Position numbers and translations under genes: made by a program. This document shows positions 42,386 to 55,894 of a DNA stretch of 64,000 nucleotides, piece by piece; positions within the stretch are counted from its first letter, which is position 1, and each line of letters opens with the position of its first letter. Below the pieces are notes generated by a model. The model did no database searches. It saw only the letters and a program-made list of their open reading frames with translations, and was not told the DNA's origin. Where the stretch lies: NCBI RefSeq assembly GCF_009914755.1, contig NC_060926.1; one strand, written 5' to 3'. The DNA is from the human T2T-CHM13v2.0 reference genome, Homo sapiens.

Positions 42386-42928
42386 CCTGACTGTCCCCTG
42401 CCTGGCACCCACTTTCTCTAGCCCTGAGGTCCTCAGGGGCCCACAAATCTTTGACCTGGTCTCTGCCTTCTGTCCCTCACCCCTTCCTTCCCTCCTCTGA
42501 TCCCCCACCCCCCATTTCTGGTGTCTTCAGTCTCTGCCTCCCTGGCTACAGGAGATGCCTTTGCAGGGCCTAGCACAGTGTCTCAGGGAGAACACCAGCA
42601 GGCTCACCCGCCCTGCTGAAGGCCTGCTCCTCCCAACTCCGTCCCCCAAGACCTTTGTCTGGGGTCCTTGTTGTTGAACTAAAGCTGGCCCTGCTGGAGT
42701 TCCCACTAACAAGGGCTGTCCTCATGTCATTGGTGACACCCCTAGGAGCCCATCCAGTGCTCTCACACCCTGCCCCCAACACCGCAGCTTTTCACATCCC
42801 AGAGGAAGCAGCCACAGCTCTTCTGAACGAGCCACACACATTATGGGGCAGGTGCAGCCCACACAGTGTGTCCCTGCAGTATGCAGCATGTGCCCCGGGT
42901 GTGGGAAGGGGGACTTCCGGCTCCAGCT

Positions 42929-43035
42929 CCAGGACACCCTGAGGATGCTGCGTGATGCTTGCTGTGGGTTGGCAGGGCTTCACCAGGACACCCTGAGGAT
43001 GCTGCGTGATGCTTGCTGTGGGTTGGCAGGGCTTC
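42929..43035. repeat. Perfect 54-bp tandem duplication (2 copies)
   Basis: ccaggacaccctgaggatgctgcgtgatgcttgctgtgggttggcagggcttc starts at 42929 and 42983. Confidence 0.95.
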
Positions 43036-43592
43036 GCCTGCTGGTGTCAGAAGATGATTCTCAATTAGCGCCAACCCTCCCTCCCATCACCCGGCCAGGC
43101 AGAGAGCAGGAATGGAGAGCCACAGCCCGGCCATTTAAGAGCAGCGCCAACTCACTGGGCAGCCCACACCAGAAGGGGCTCCTGAAAAGTGTTAAATCCA
43201 AAATCTCCCATTGCTCCCAATCTCACACAGCTCCTGGATTCTCAGTTTAGCCCTGCCAGGCCCATGCTGCAGAGGCGCCTGCGGGGAAAGTGGGTTACTA
43301 ATGACCCTGCTTTGTGCAGCTGGACACGTGCCGAGGTAAGTCAGGCCCCGGCCAGGGCACACCATGGATGACATTCATCTTTTCTGGCACTGACGCTGCC
43401 GTCCACAGCCACAGGCGACACCGCACAGCACCTGACACTGCACAGAGGGGCCAGGAGGACGGGTCGAGGCTGACTTCTTTCCCCATATTCCCAGCCCCCC
43501 AGGTCCTGGTAAAGAAGGTCCACATGTAATCCCATCACCTGCAACACAGCTTCTGTGTAAAGGAGGGAAGAACCCCATCTATACAGGAGGCT

Positions 43593-43970
43593 TGTCCAGC
43601 ACAGCCCCTCCACCACCCCACGCGCAGGGGTGTCCAGTGCAGCCCCTCCACCACCCCACGCGCAGGGGTGTCCAGTGCAGCCCCTCCACCACCCCACGCG
43701 CAGGGGTGTCCAGTGCAGCCCCTCCACCACCCCACGCGCAGGGGTGTCCAGTGCAGCCCCTCCACCACCCCACGCGCAGGGGTGTCCAGTGCAGCCCCTC
43801 CACCACCCCACGCGCAGGGGTGTCCAGTGCAGCCCCTCCACCACCCCACGCGCAGGGGTGTCCAGTGCAGCCCCTCCACCACACCACGCGCAGGGGTGTC
43901 CAGTGCAGCCCCTCCACCATCCCACGCGCAGGGGTGTCCAGTGCAGCCCCTCCACCACCCCATGCACAGG
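43593..43970. repeat. 38-bp minisatellite x10 (TGTCCAGTGCAGCCCCTCCACCACCCCACGCGCAGGGG)
   Basis: Near-identical units with period 38 from 43593. Confidence 0.97.
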
Positions 43971-44327
43971 GATGCAGGCTTAGCTCTGAAAATGGCATGG
44001 GCAACAAAGGATGCTGGTGATGAACCCCAAAGTCTCTGCATGGCTGCATCCTAACTGTTCCAGCTGTCCAACCAGTCACCTAGAGGTCACTGGGCTGCCT
44101 CTGGGTAAGAATTGCTGGAGGCAGAGCCTGAGAGACTTGCATGAAGGGGACATGGCCTATGCCCCGGTCGGTGGACAGAGCCGGGCAAGGTGCCCCTAGC
44201 CTGTTTCAAAATCCTCAGAAGGGGGATGCTTGCTCTGTTTACAAGGGGTCCTTAAGATAAAACTATGTCCTGTGTTTGAATGTGTGTGCATTTTACAAAT
44301 AGAAGTACTGTTGATGACGCCCAAACC

Positions 44328-44410
44328 GTGGCCACACTGATGATGGCCGCACTGGCAATGGCCGCACTGGCGATGGCCACACTGACGATGGCCGCACTGA
44401 TGATGGCATT
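44328..44410. repeat. 15-bp tandem repeat (ATGGCCGCACTGAYG) ~5 copies
   Basis: Directly visible. Confidence 0.85.
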
Positions 44411-44599
44411 GGGTCCCACGTGGTGCTGTCCTGGGGCACACTCGCTTTCTCTAACGGAACCTCTCACCCTGTTCATCTGGAGTTGCTCACCAGATCACAC
44501 CCTCGCCTTCCTATTCCAGGATATCCCTTCTACCCCCTCTGTGCTTCTCCACTGGACTAGTCTATCCGCATTCAGAAACACAGATATTTCTCCTTCTTA

Positions 44600-45368
<769 letters not shown>

Positions 45369-45540
45369 GTCCCAGAGCTCACCTGAACGTCTTCTCTACA
45401 CGACTTTCCTGTGGTCTTCTGGGGGCCCTGCCATCCGTTCACCATTGAAGGACGCTTGTGTTGCTTCCAGCACTTGGTGATTATGCCTGGGTAGAAATAT
45501 CTGTGTATAGGTATTTATGCAAACATAAGTTTTATTTTCT

Positions 45541-45710
45541 GGGGCTGGCATTGGCAAACAGGCCCCAGGCCACATCCATCCACCGCCTGTCCTTGTAAAC
45601 TCATGGTGTGTGTCTGGCAGGACAACCACAGAGAGGAACATGGACAGTGACTGTGGCCCTCAAAGTCTAAAATGTTTACTTTCCAGATCCTTTCTCGAAA
45701 AGGATCCAGG
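45541..45710. mobile_element. MER58-like hAT DNA transposon remnant
   Basis: ggcaaacaggcccc...ccgcctgtccttgtaaa...gtggccctcaaagtctaaaatgtttact resembles recalled MER58A. Confidence 0.6.
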
Positions 45711-46369
45711 GTAAAGACGTGAGGGCTGACTGGTGTGGTGAGTGTGTGTTAAACTCATGAGAAGCCAGCCACCGGGTGCACAGTGGCCTCACCATTGCAC
45801 ACACACAACGCACACACACTGGCGGCTGTGTGCCAATCAAAGGCAGTAAACCATCCAAACTCTAAACTTCAGTCCTCACCTGTTCAGTGGCTTCCGTCTC
45901 AAAAAGGCAGGACCTCCAGTTCCCCATGGCTGGGCCTCCTGCCTCATTCCCATGCCAGCCCGGCTGCCTCCCTACCTGATCCACTCACCCAGGCGCCACC
46001 CCACCCCAACCCTGGGCCTTGGCTCACGCATCGCCTTCTCAGAGAGCCTCGCTCCCACAGCGCTCCCTGGCCCCTCCTCTACACTCCCCTGTGGCATCTG
46101 TCCCCATGTCACCTGATGGCCCACAGGAGCACTCACTCCAGGGGAGCTGAGACTTGCCCTAATCACAGCTGTGGCTACAGCAACAGCAGGATCTAGAAGT
46201 GTGGGTACACAGTAGGCACTCAATTTATGTTTGTTAAACAAACACATTTTCTTTCAAGTGACAGCAACTGAAGGGAGGACTGACATTACAATGCCACACA
46301 TTCCTCACACGTGCAGGTTTTACCTGGAAGCAGAAATGCTGGAGGGTCTGCAACACACCTGTCTCTGTC

Positions 46370-47130
46370 CACCCCCACTCCCCACCAGCACACCCCTCCC
46401 CAAGGCCCCCCATACCAGCTTGCCCCTCCCCATGCCCCCCCCCACCAGCACGCCCCTCCCCACGGTCCCACCCACCTGTGTGCCCCTCCCCACTCCCCAC
46501 CCACCAGTGCGCCCCTCCCCACTCCCCACCCACCAGCGTGCCCCTCCCCATGGCCTCCCCACCAGCGTGCCTCTCCCCACGGCCCCACCCACCTGCATTC
46601 CCCTCCCCACTCCTCATCCACCTGTGCACCCCTCCCCATGGCCCCCCAACCAGCATGCCTCTCCCCATGGCCCCCCCACCTGCACGCCCCTCCTGACTCC
46701 CCACCTGCGCACCCCTCCCCACGGCCTCCCCACCAGCGTGCCCCTCCCCACAGCCCCACCCACCTGCATTCCCCTCCCCACTCCTCACCCACCTATGCAC
46801 CCCTCCCCACGGCCTCCCCACCAGCGTGCCCCTCCCCACAGCCCCACCCACCTGCATTCCCCTCCCCACTCCTCACCCACCTATGCACCCCTCCCCACGG
46901 CCCCCCAACCAGCGTGCCCCTCCCCACAGCCCCACCCACCTGCATTCCCCTCCCCACTCCTCACCCACCTGTGCACCCCTCCCCACGGCCCCCCAACCAG
47001 CGTGCCTCTTCCCACGGCCCCCCGACCTGCGTTCCCCTCCCCACTCCCCACTCACCTGCTTGCCTCTCCCAACAGCCCCACCCAGCTGTGCACCCCTCCC
47101 TACAGCCCCCACCTGTGGACCCCCCCATAC
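46370..47130. repeat. C-rich ~29-30-bp minisatellite with ~88-bp higher-order period (G-rich on the EIPR1 sense strand)
   Basis: Roughly 18-20 CCCCTCCCC cores. Recurring trimer cagcgtgcccctcccc / cctgcattcccctcccc / cctrtgcacccctcccc. Confidence 0.92.
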
Positions 47131-48024
47131 TTGTCCCCTCGCCCAGGACCCCACCTTTTCACCTCTCCCCCTATGGCCTCCACTTCGCTGTGAACTCTCA
47201 TCTATGAAAGGAAAATCCAGGATGCGGCCCTCTGGGTGCAGAGCGTCCTTAGCAGCACGGTACACCTACTGGCGGGGGCGCTGCAGCAGGAACGTGTCCT
47301 TTTTGCAGGTCGGGCAAGACTTGTCCTAGAATCGTCAAACCCCAGAGCTGATGGGCCTGTGAGCTCAGCCCATCCTTCCCCATCATTACAGATGAGGTGA
47401 TCGGGGCAGCAGAGCGCAGAAGTGGCCCCTCCGGGGACACCTGGCCAGGTGGAGGCCTAAGGGAGATGGAGCCCAGAGTCCAGGGCCCAGGTGGCTTCTC
47501 CAGTGGGAACACGCACCAGACACAGAGAACAGACCCCGCACACCCAAAGGAACCACGAACAGAGGCTGCGAGGTCAGTGTTTGAGGATTCCTAAGGATAA
47601 GCACTGATGAGTGTAGGAGCCTGTGAGGGGTCCCCGACAACTGAGACGCGGGAGCCCAACCCCAAGCTCCGAGGTGAGGGAGGACGGCACCTCCAAGGCC
47701 ACCAGTGCGTGCGCGTAGGGAGGAGGCCCTGCCCGGCTCACAAGGTGGGCAGGACACAGCACAGGATGGGCTGCAGAGACCAGGGGAGGCCCAGGGCGGG
47801 CAGAGCCTGCGTCTACAGCAGTGAAAATGCATCACACCAGCTCAGCCCAGGGCGCGAGCCAGGTGCCCACCAGCAGCCAGCATGGCTCCCGGGAGTTCCA
47901 TGCTAGGGCGGCGTAGACAGCACACGTCTGTCCATCTGCATTTTCCCTGGGTCAGGAAAGAGAAAATGGACAAAGACCCAGGAGATGGGGTCACAGGGCA
48001 GAGCTCCTGAAAGAATGAGCCGAG

Positions 48025-48394
48025 CACCTGTGCAGCGTGGATTTATTTTATTTCATTTTTTACTCTCAAGAGAAAGAAGAGTTACTACTGCAGGAACAGA
48101 CATTTTTTTAAAAAGCGAAACTCCTGACACCCTTAAAACAGAAAACATTGTTATTCACATAATAATGTGGGGCTCTGTCTCTGCCGACAGGGGCTGGGTT
48201 CGGGCATTAGCTGTGCCGTCGACAATAGCCCCATTCACCCCATTCATAAATGCTGCTGCTACAGGAAGGGAACAGCGGCTCTCCCAGAGAGGGATCCACC
48301 TGGAACACGAGTCACCTCCAAAGAGCTGCAACTGTTTGAGAATCTGCCAAGAGGAAAACCACTCAATGGGACCTGGATAACCCAGGCCCGGGAG
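48025..48394 (-). other. EIPR1: EIPR1 3'UTR (cleavage site approximate)
   Basis: Lies between the stop codon (48395-48397) and the tandem AATAAA signals. The end is estimated 15-25 nt past the signal. Confidence 0.75.
48042..48052 (-). terminator. EIPR1: Two overlapping AATAAA polyadenylation signals of EIPR1
   Basis: Plus strand tttattttatt = minus strand AATAAAATAAA, ~345 nt after the stop codon. Confidence 0.8.
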
Positions 48395-48766
<372 letters not shown>

Positions 48767-49892
48767 TCACTGTCACTGTGAGGAGTGGGCATTTCTCAAA
48801 AGGTTTATGGAAATCGGCGACATTGGCACATGGTGTCTTGGTTTCTTCTGTCCTTGGCCCCCGGGTGCCTGGGTTGATATTTTGTTGGAGGTCTTCCAAG
48901 GGCTTCCTTTAGCTCAGGGGAAAGACTGGGGGAAGTAGTCACCGTGTCTGGGTAACACAGGATGTAAACGCCCCTATTGCTTGAGCAGAAAGGACCCTGG
49001 GAAGCAGCGGGTCCAGCTCCTGGCTGTGTAGGAGTCAGAGGCTGGGGCACAAGGAGCCTTGCTAGGATGGGAGTGGGGCTGGGCTGAGGATCCCCCAGGA
49101 CACCAAGAGGAAGACGCCCTGGCCCTGTGGGAGCAGCAGAGGCGTGACCTGCCTGGCCTCCCCCAGGGTGTTTCCCACCTCGCCTCCCTTGACTGTGAGT
49201 TACCCTCACTGGGAGCCCTGACCAGGGGATCCTCACACAAGAAGCACCACTTCCTCAGCACAGCGTGCATGGGGAGGGGGCCCTGCCCGGCTCACAGCGG
49301 CCACTTTCCGGTGGACACAGGCTTCTCTGGCACTTTACTTCCCATTTCACAAAAAAATTCCCACATAATTTGTGTACCGCATTCTAACTGCTTTTGCATT
49401 TCTTTGTAGGAAAATGCTTCACCCCCCCAGCAAGACGGACCCTCCAGAACTCGCATGGTCTCTGGGAAGCTGGCTTCCCACAAAGTGGACCTGCCAGTGG
49501 TCAACTGCTGTTGTGGGACAAATGCCAGGTGCAAATCCTTAGGAGGAATCATGGTTTCCTGAATGCAGCAGGACATCAGGACTGAGGGATGTCCTAAGAA
49601 GTCTGCGTAGCCCCGATCACCTCCTCCCTTCCTATCTTGCTCCCATGACATTGCCGCCCAGAAGACAACGCCAGCAGTCTTCCGACCAACGGGCCCATCA
49701 GGCTCCTCCCCTAACAGGGACAGACATGGTGAGGAAGTGCAGACTCCCTGGGCCACTGGCAGAGAGGACGGTAAAGGGAGCCAGGCCCACAGGCACCGAG
49801 AGACCACTGGGCAGATGCTACCGTGCGTGTGCTTAAATACTATTCTATGGCAGACCGAGTTTCTAAGGTTTGAACAGAAAAACAACAGAGTC

Positions 49893-50178
49893 TGGCTCAC
49901 GCCTGTAATCCTAGCACTTTGGGAGGCTGAAGTGGGCAGATCACTTGAGCTCAGGAGTTTGAGACCAGCTTGGGCAACATGGCAAAACTCTGTCTCTACA
50001 AAAAGTTAGCCAGACATGGTGCCAATGGGCCTGTTGTCTCAGCTACTTGAGAGGCTGAGGTGAGAGGATCACCTGAGCCCAGGAGGTCAAGGCTGCAGTG
50101 AGCCATGATCGTGCCACTGCACACCAGCTTGGGTGACTTTTTTGTTTGTTTTTGTTTGTCTCAAAAACAAAACAAAGG
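49893..50178 (+). mobile_element. AluJ-like, slightly 5'-truncated, intronic (antisense to EIPR1)
   Basis: Alu sequence with 10-bp TSD caacagagtc (49883-49892 and 50179-50188). Confidence 0.9.
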
Positions 50179-50189
50179 CAACAGAGTCA

Positions 50190-50478
50190 AGAGACAAACA
50201 GATGGGCCCATCGCCACTGCAGAAAGGGTCCGAAGACAGAGACAATCAGATGGGCCCATCGCCACTGCAGAGAGGGTCTGAAGACAGAGACAATCAGATG
50301 GGCCCATCGCCACTGCAGAGAGGGTCCGAAGACAGAGACAATCAGATGGGCCCATCGCCACTGCAGAGAGGGTCTGAAGACAGAGACAATCAGATGGGCC
50401 CATCCCCACTGCAGAGAGGGTCCGAAGACAGAGACAATCAGATGGTCCCATCGCCACTGCAGAGAGGGTCTGAAGAAA
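50190..50478. repeat. 48-bp minisatellite x6 in the last EIPR1 intron
   Basis: Unit gagacaatcagatgggcccatcgccactgcagagagggtcYgaagaca. The ORF track shows a 16-aa repeat six times. Confidence 0.95.
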
Positions 50479-51427
50479 GAGGTCTTCTCACAGAGGAATT
50501 TTAGACCAAGCTCAGGTGGGTAGGGGGAGAATTCAGACAAAAAACAGTGCAAAGGATCCCAAAACAGAGTGACAGACCCCATCGTATCTAAGGGCTCTGT
50601 CCAACTTCACAAGGTTTTATTCCAGAACCTCCTTCCTCTGGAACCTGGGGCAAGAATCTCTGCGGTTGCATCTGAATTGCATCTAGTCACCCCCCAGGAA
50701 GCGGCTGCCACTTCTAAAGGTGGACTGCTCAAGGACACAGGGGCCCTGGCACTGCACCGCTGACCAGAGGCGGGCATGAAGAGGCTGCCCTTAGCGATCT
50801 CCCATCTCACCTAGGATCAGAAATCAAGGTGCATAGGAAAAAGCTTTGGGAAAATCCAGAACCATGATGGTGTGACTAGAAAACCCACATCATGGTTGAC
50901 CACATTTTGTAGAGTATCTAGAAGTGAAGTAGGACCCGGGTTTGAGACTGGGAAGGTTGGCCTGGAGTCTCCGCCCTGCTACCAGCCAGTGGAAGGCCCG
51001 TGAGCTGATGGCCAACAACCCGACCCCAACACGCTCAAATCCACGCCAGTGAAGACACTGACTGTGATGCGTCTCTTACAGGGAGTGCTGTGAGGATTGG
51101 GATATATTCGTTCTATTATTATTCATGCTCAAGTTTGAAGACCAGTGAGTCTTTTAAATCTTACAGATGGCATTCAATAAGAATACAAACACAAATAGAT
51201 CTATTTTAAAACCGCACCTAACCCTAACGCACCTGCAGTGCCTCCCACCTGGGCTGCTAATGACGGCACCCCTGGAACTGTGGGTCCCCACAGCTGCAGT
51301 GGGTAAGGAGAGTGTCCCCCAAATGCACTCCTGGAAACTTTCTACATACACAGCCTGGCTCGGGAGATGGCTGTGCAGACAGGAGGCTCTGGTACAGCGT
51401 GAGCCACTCTGCAGTGCGTGCCCTTAC

Positions 51428-51595
51428 TTCTCTTCAGAACGGTGGTCCTCCTGGTCACTGATGTCATCGTCGTCTACCAAGTGGCCGAAGGGCTCCGACG
51501 AGATGGACACCATGTTGGAAAGGATGACTCTGCTGTCACTGCTGCCCGTGAGGACCAGCTGGTCATGAGAGTGGTTGTAGCGGACGTTCCACACC
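51428..51595 (-). CDS. EIPR1: EIPR1 penultimate exon (168 nt) (W)[55 protein letters not shown](K)
   Basis: Acceptor ttgccctttgcag|G, donor AA|gtaagg, phase 2-2. Joins in frame with both neighbours. Confidence 0.97.
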
Positions 51596-52439
51596 CTGCA
51601 AAGGGCAAGGCAGCTGCTGAAATGAACTGTCACCCGCAGGCAACACCAACAATGGATCACACCGGCTCTGAGGGCCCCACTAGGCTGGGGCTCACGTTAG
51701 GCACTGCCAGGCAATCGGCCCCCAGTCACAGGGCCTGACATAAGGCAGTTTTCCGCTGAGGTTGGGTTTACTGCAGGTTTCTCTTAAGTCCCAAGAGACA
51801 GACAGGGAAGACTAAATGTTGGCTGAAACCTACAGGAGGAGAAGGCTTATCACGCAACATTTCAGACAAGCTTTCTAAAATTCGAAAAAAAAAAAAAATA
51901 CTGTCCCAGAAGCAACATGTGGATTAGCGATATCCTGTAATATCAAACAAGTCTCACGGCATCTTCCCAGTTGGCAGTGACTGTGGGTCCTGAGACCAGG
52001 GCATGGCGGCCTCCCGGGGCACAAGGGCTGTCCTTGGTTTTGGCTACTGGGATCAGCTTTCTTGCTGGCGTGGGTCCTAGAGCCTGGGAGCTTCTGCCTC
52101 CCGTCATGCTGAGGCCAAAACAAGCTCCAGGGCCCAGGTGGCAGACAGTGCCAGGCCCTTGACGCTAGGAGGTGCACCCAGCATGGCCAGGGGCAGAGGG
52201 AGGCCCAGCCACTCAGACCACAGGAAATTCCAGCAAGTCACTGAATTTATCAGAAGTGTGCACTACCAATCCGGGGTTTTAACATACAGCTTCAGATAAG
52301 TAATTCAAACAATACAGAGATGCAGGCCATAGGGAGTGAATGCCCCTCTTTGACTTGGGGAGGATTCCTGATGAGATTTTGGCTCTTACTCTTTCAGACA
52401 TTTCCTCCACATACCTGTGTCACTCACACTTGTGTACAC

Positions 52440-52790
52440 CCGTGTGTGCACACACGTTTTATTTGCATAAAAATGGATTCATGCTATACATGCCATTGTA
52501 CAACTTGATCTTTTTACTTACTTAGCAAAAAGTACCCAGCACATGAAAAACATTCAAATAATATGTTAGGGAGAATGAGTGACCTCAGAGATCTTCCCAC
52601 AGCCACATAGAGATGCTCCACATTCTCCTGACAGCTGCATCATCTCCACTGCACGGATGTCACCTAATTTACTTAACCAGTCCCCTAGTGATGGACATTT
52701 GGGTGGTTTCCAGGTTTCTGGCATTACAAATAATGTTGCGTGAACATCTGTGCACATTTATTTTTGTATACTTGAACCAGCACTGTTTCA
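52440..52790 (-). mobile_element. Old L1ME-like fragment
   Basis: tttacttaaccagtcccctagtgatggacatttgggtggtttccagg...ttacaaataatgttgcgtgaacatc is typical of antisense L1ME. Confidence 0.65.
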
Positions 52791-53010
52791 AGAGAAAACA
52801 GAATTTAATGTTTTTCTTCTTTTCCTACGTTTATAAATCACAAACATTCAGATTTGGAATTAGTGTTTCTTTAGGAAAAATAAAACTGGGTTGATTGAAT
52901 GATTCACAGCAGCACAAACTAAGCTGGTTTGTGTCTTTCCCAATGGTAAAGTAATTAGCAAAATCAATTGCGTAATCCCCTCCTCCCTGAAGCAGCCAGG
53001 AGCGGCCCTA

Positions 53011-53274
<264 letters not shown>

Positions 53275-53629
53275 CTAATCCCCCGGCCCAGGGTGCTCTC
53301 ATCCCCTCGGCGTTCCTGCCCTGCAGGAAGAGGCTGGCGCCACCTCCTCCATCCCAGCAACCCTGTGTGGTCGCACCACGCTCATCTCTCCAGAAGCGTA
53401 TCTGTGACCCTCTGGGTGAGCCGTGGAAGGAATTTTTGCTTTGTAGCCGTCAAAAATGTGACTTGGTATCATCTTGAGAATGAAAGCATGCCAGAGGGGC
53501 TGCAACAGCCATGGGGACACTGAGCCAGACATTTGGACAGGATGCCTGACACATTTCTGGAAGGACACAGTGAAGAAGGAAAAGAAAAAGACAGGGAGTT
53601 GAGGTAGAATATAGTGTTGGGAAATTTTA

Positions 53630-53833
53630 TATATATATACATACATACACATACAACACAAAATATCTATCTATATATAGAACTATATATATACAGAGAG
53701 AGAGAGAAGCGGGGGGGGCAGTGGGGAAGGCCATGGAAGCAGGAAGGGGCCGGCTATCTATCTATCTATAGATATATACAGAGAGAGAGAGAGAAAGGGA
53801 GGAGCAGTGGGGAAGGCCATGAAAGCAGGAAGG
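53630..53833. repeat. ~90-bp imperfect tandem duplication containing (TA)n(GA)n microsatellites
   Basis: tatctatctata...cagagagagaga...gcagtggggaaggccatgRaagcaggaagg occurs twice. Confidence 0.8.
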
Positions 53834-55331
53834 ACCATGCCAGCTGGGCTTGCCATTCCACTGTCCACACCAGCTCCAGGTCCAACACTGCTGGTGGCCA
53901 GTGCAACCCACTCGCTCCAGGGTGGGAGAAGGGGACTGTTTGAAATGAGTCACACGGCTGTTCACAGTGCGTGCGTTCTCACACTCACGCGTGCATCTGT
54001 GTGCACGCCCACACATGTATGTACACACACATGCACACATCTATGCATGAGAGGGCAGACACGCACACACGCACTCACACATCTCACTTTGCCCTGGATC
54101 CTATGGTCCTTGGCTGCTCCTCGCAGGGTCTGAAGTCATAATATCCTGCCTATGGCCCTGATGTCATGAATCCCAGAGGGCAGGTCATCCAGTGAGGCTG
54201 GACAGTGGCTTGGAACAAAAGGCTGCGCCCAGGAGAGCAAAGAACCCATGGCCTGGCGCTGCCCAGCGGCTCCTACCTGCACGGCCTCCCCAGCACTGCT
54301 GTGGGCGGGACTGAAATCACTCCTGCATCATTTACCTTCCTCACCGCAGGCCTCAATGGGGCTGATGAGCAATGGGAAACTTCTGTGCCTTGTAATTTGC
54401 TTCCTTTATCTGAAGACCATCATTGTTCTCTGCTCTCCAAAGTAGAGGAACTCAATTCCTTTCATCTTTTTCTCTCACATTAGAACTCCCGGCCCTAAAC
54501 CACTTTTAAATCTTCTGGTTTTTATATCCTGCACCTTTGCAATATCTTAATATTTCTTCCCTAAAATATAATACCTAAACTTTTAAATCTTTCAAGGGAA
54601 ACAGGCAAAGGTAGAAAATTAAAAACTTGGCAAATTCCCGGGGAACTAGATGGACAGTCGCACGTGCACGATGTATTAACTAAAGGTTACTGCATGCTCC
54701 ATCACCAGTAACTGTCACACAAAAGCATCATACCACCTAAAAAAGCACCAAAGGCATCCTGGCTCCATGCAAACCAAAGCTGCTTGCAAAAGGAGAAATG
54801 ACAGTCAATGAGAAGGCGCCAGGACCCTCTGTGCTGCGCTGGCACGTCCTCACCACAGACACAACACGAGCAAAATGAGGCCACTGCCAGATGTCACCCA
54901 TCAAAGCCACGGGCATCTTTTTGTTTGCTTATTTGTTTGGTCTGTAACGTCAGTCTTTGAGTTTCTTGTTTTCAGATACTGAAATTCTTCACATCCTTCA
55001 AAAAACCATGCAGACAAAGGACACGATGACCACAGGACATGGAGAAATGGATTTCAGCAGGACGTTCATCACGGGCTGAGTCTGTGGTTTCCAGCTTCTG
55101 ATTAGGAAACCAAACAAGCCCTCTGCACGGACGTGCACAAAGGAGGAAGTGGCAAGTGATTCTTTATTAGCCCCTGAGTTTTCAGAGGGGCCTTGGAACT
55201 AAACCTAAAGTTGTGCCCCCACCCTGGAATCAACACGAGTTATTGCATGACATCCGTCTTTTCAGCTCGGTGATAAATTATGGTGTGCTGAGGGGATAAA
55301 CTGTATCTTAAAAAAGCTTGTGTGGGCTTCC

Positions 55332-55345
55332 GTTGCCACAGCAAC
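55332..55345. promoter_or_regulatory. Candidate RFX X-box motif (GTTGCCACAGCAAC) in an EIPR1 intron
   Basis: Exact match to the X-box consensus GTNRCC-N(0-3)-RGYAAC. Function not shown. Confidence 0.4.
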
Positions 55346-55894
55346 AGACGTGCTACCATCACTCCTTTGCCTATCAAAATCACAACTGGAACGGAAAACT
55401 CGCTCTTATTTGTTCCATTAGAGCTGCTGGCTGTTGGGTATAATTACTTAAATGACAAAATATGATTGCCCTATAGGTGTGTCTCCAGAAGGCACAGCTA
55501 TGGTCAAGGACGACCCCAGGAGAGACTTAACCTGGGGACTGCAGCTGTCAGCCTGCAGCGGCTCATCAGACACGGGCACCCTGTGGTCCCCATCTCGCTC
55601 AGTGTTACAAAAGCCCCAATTCCTAGTTTTCATCATAAACTCCTGCTAATGCAGAGATATCAATATGGAACATTAAACAGCCACCGAGGTGCACCGGTTC
55701 CATTGCAGTGGATGTGCTAGCTTAATTTGGGGTGAAGAAACAAGATGAAGATTTATGATTTCCTACAAAAACGAGATAAAGACAAACCATGCGCCCCCAA
55801 AGGCATGTGGCTCACCATCAGCTCCACCATCATCCCGGTTCTGCTCGGTGAGGGAGGAAAGGAAGTGGGGCCTGCGCCGGGTGGGCTCACTGAC

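Noticed and set aside
41682-42500. Pro/His-rich 272-aa extensin-like ORF
   Set aside because: Artefact of (CCAY)n low-complexity DNA.
46231-47329. Pro-rich 298-320 aa ORFs
   Set aside because: Translations of the C-rich repeat, with multiple frames open.
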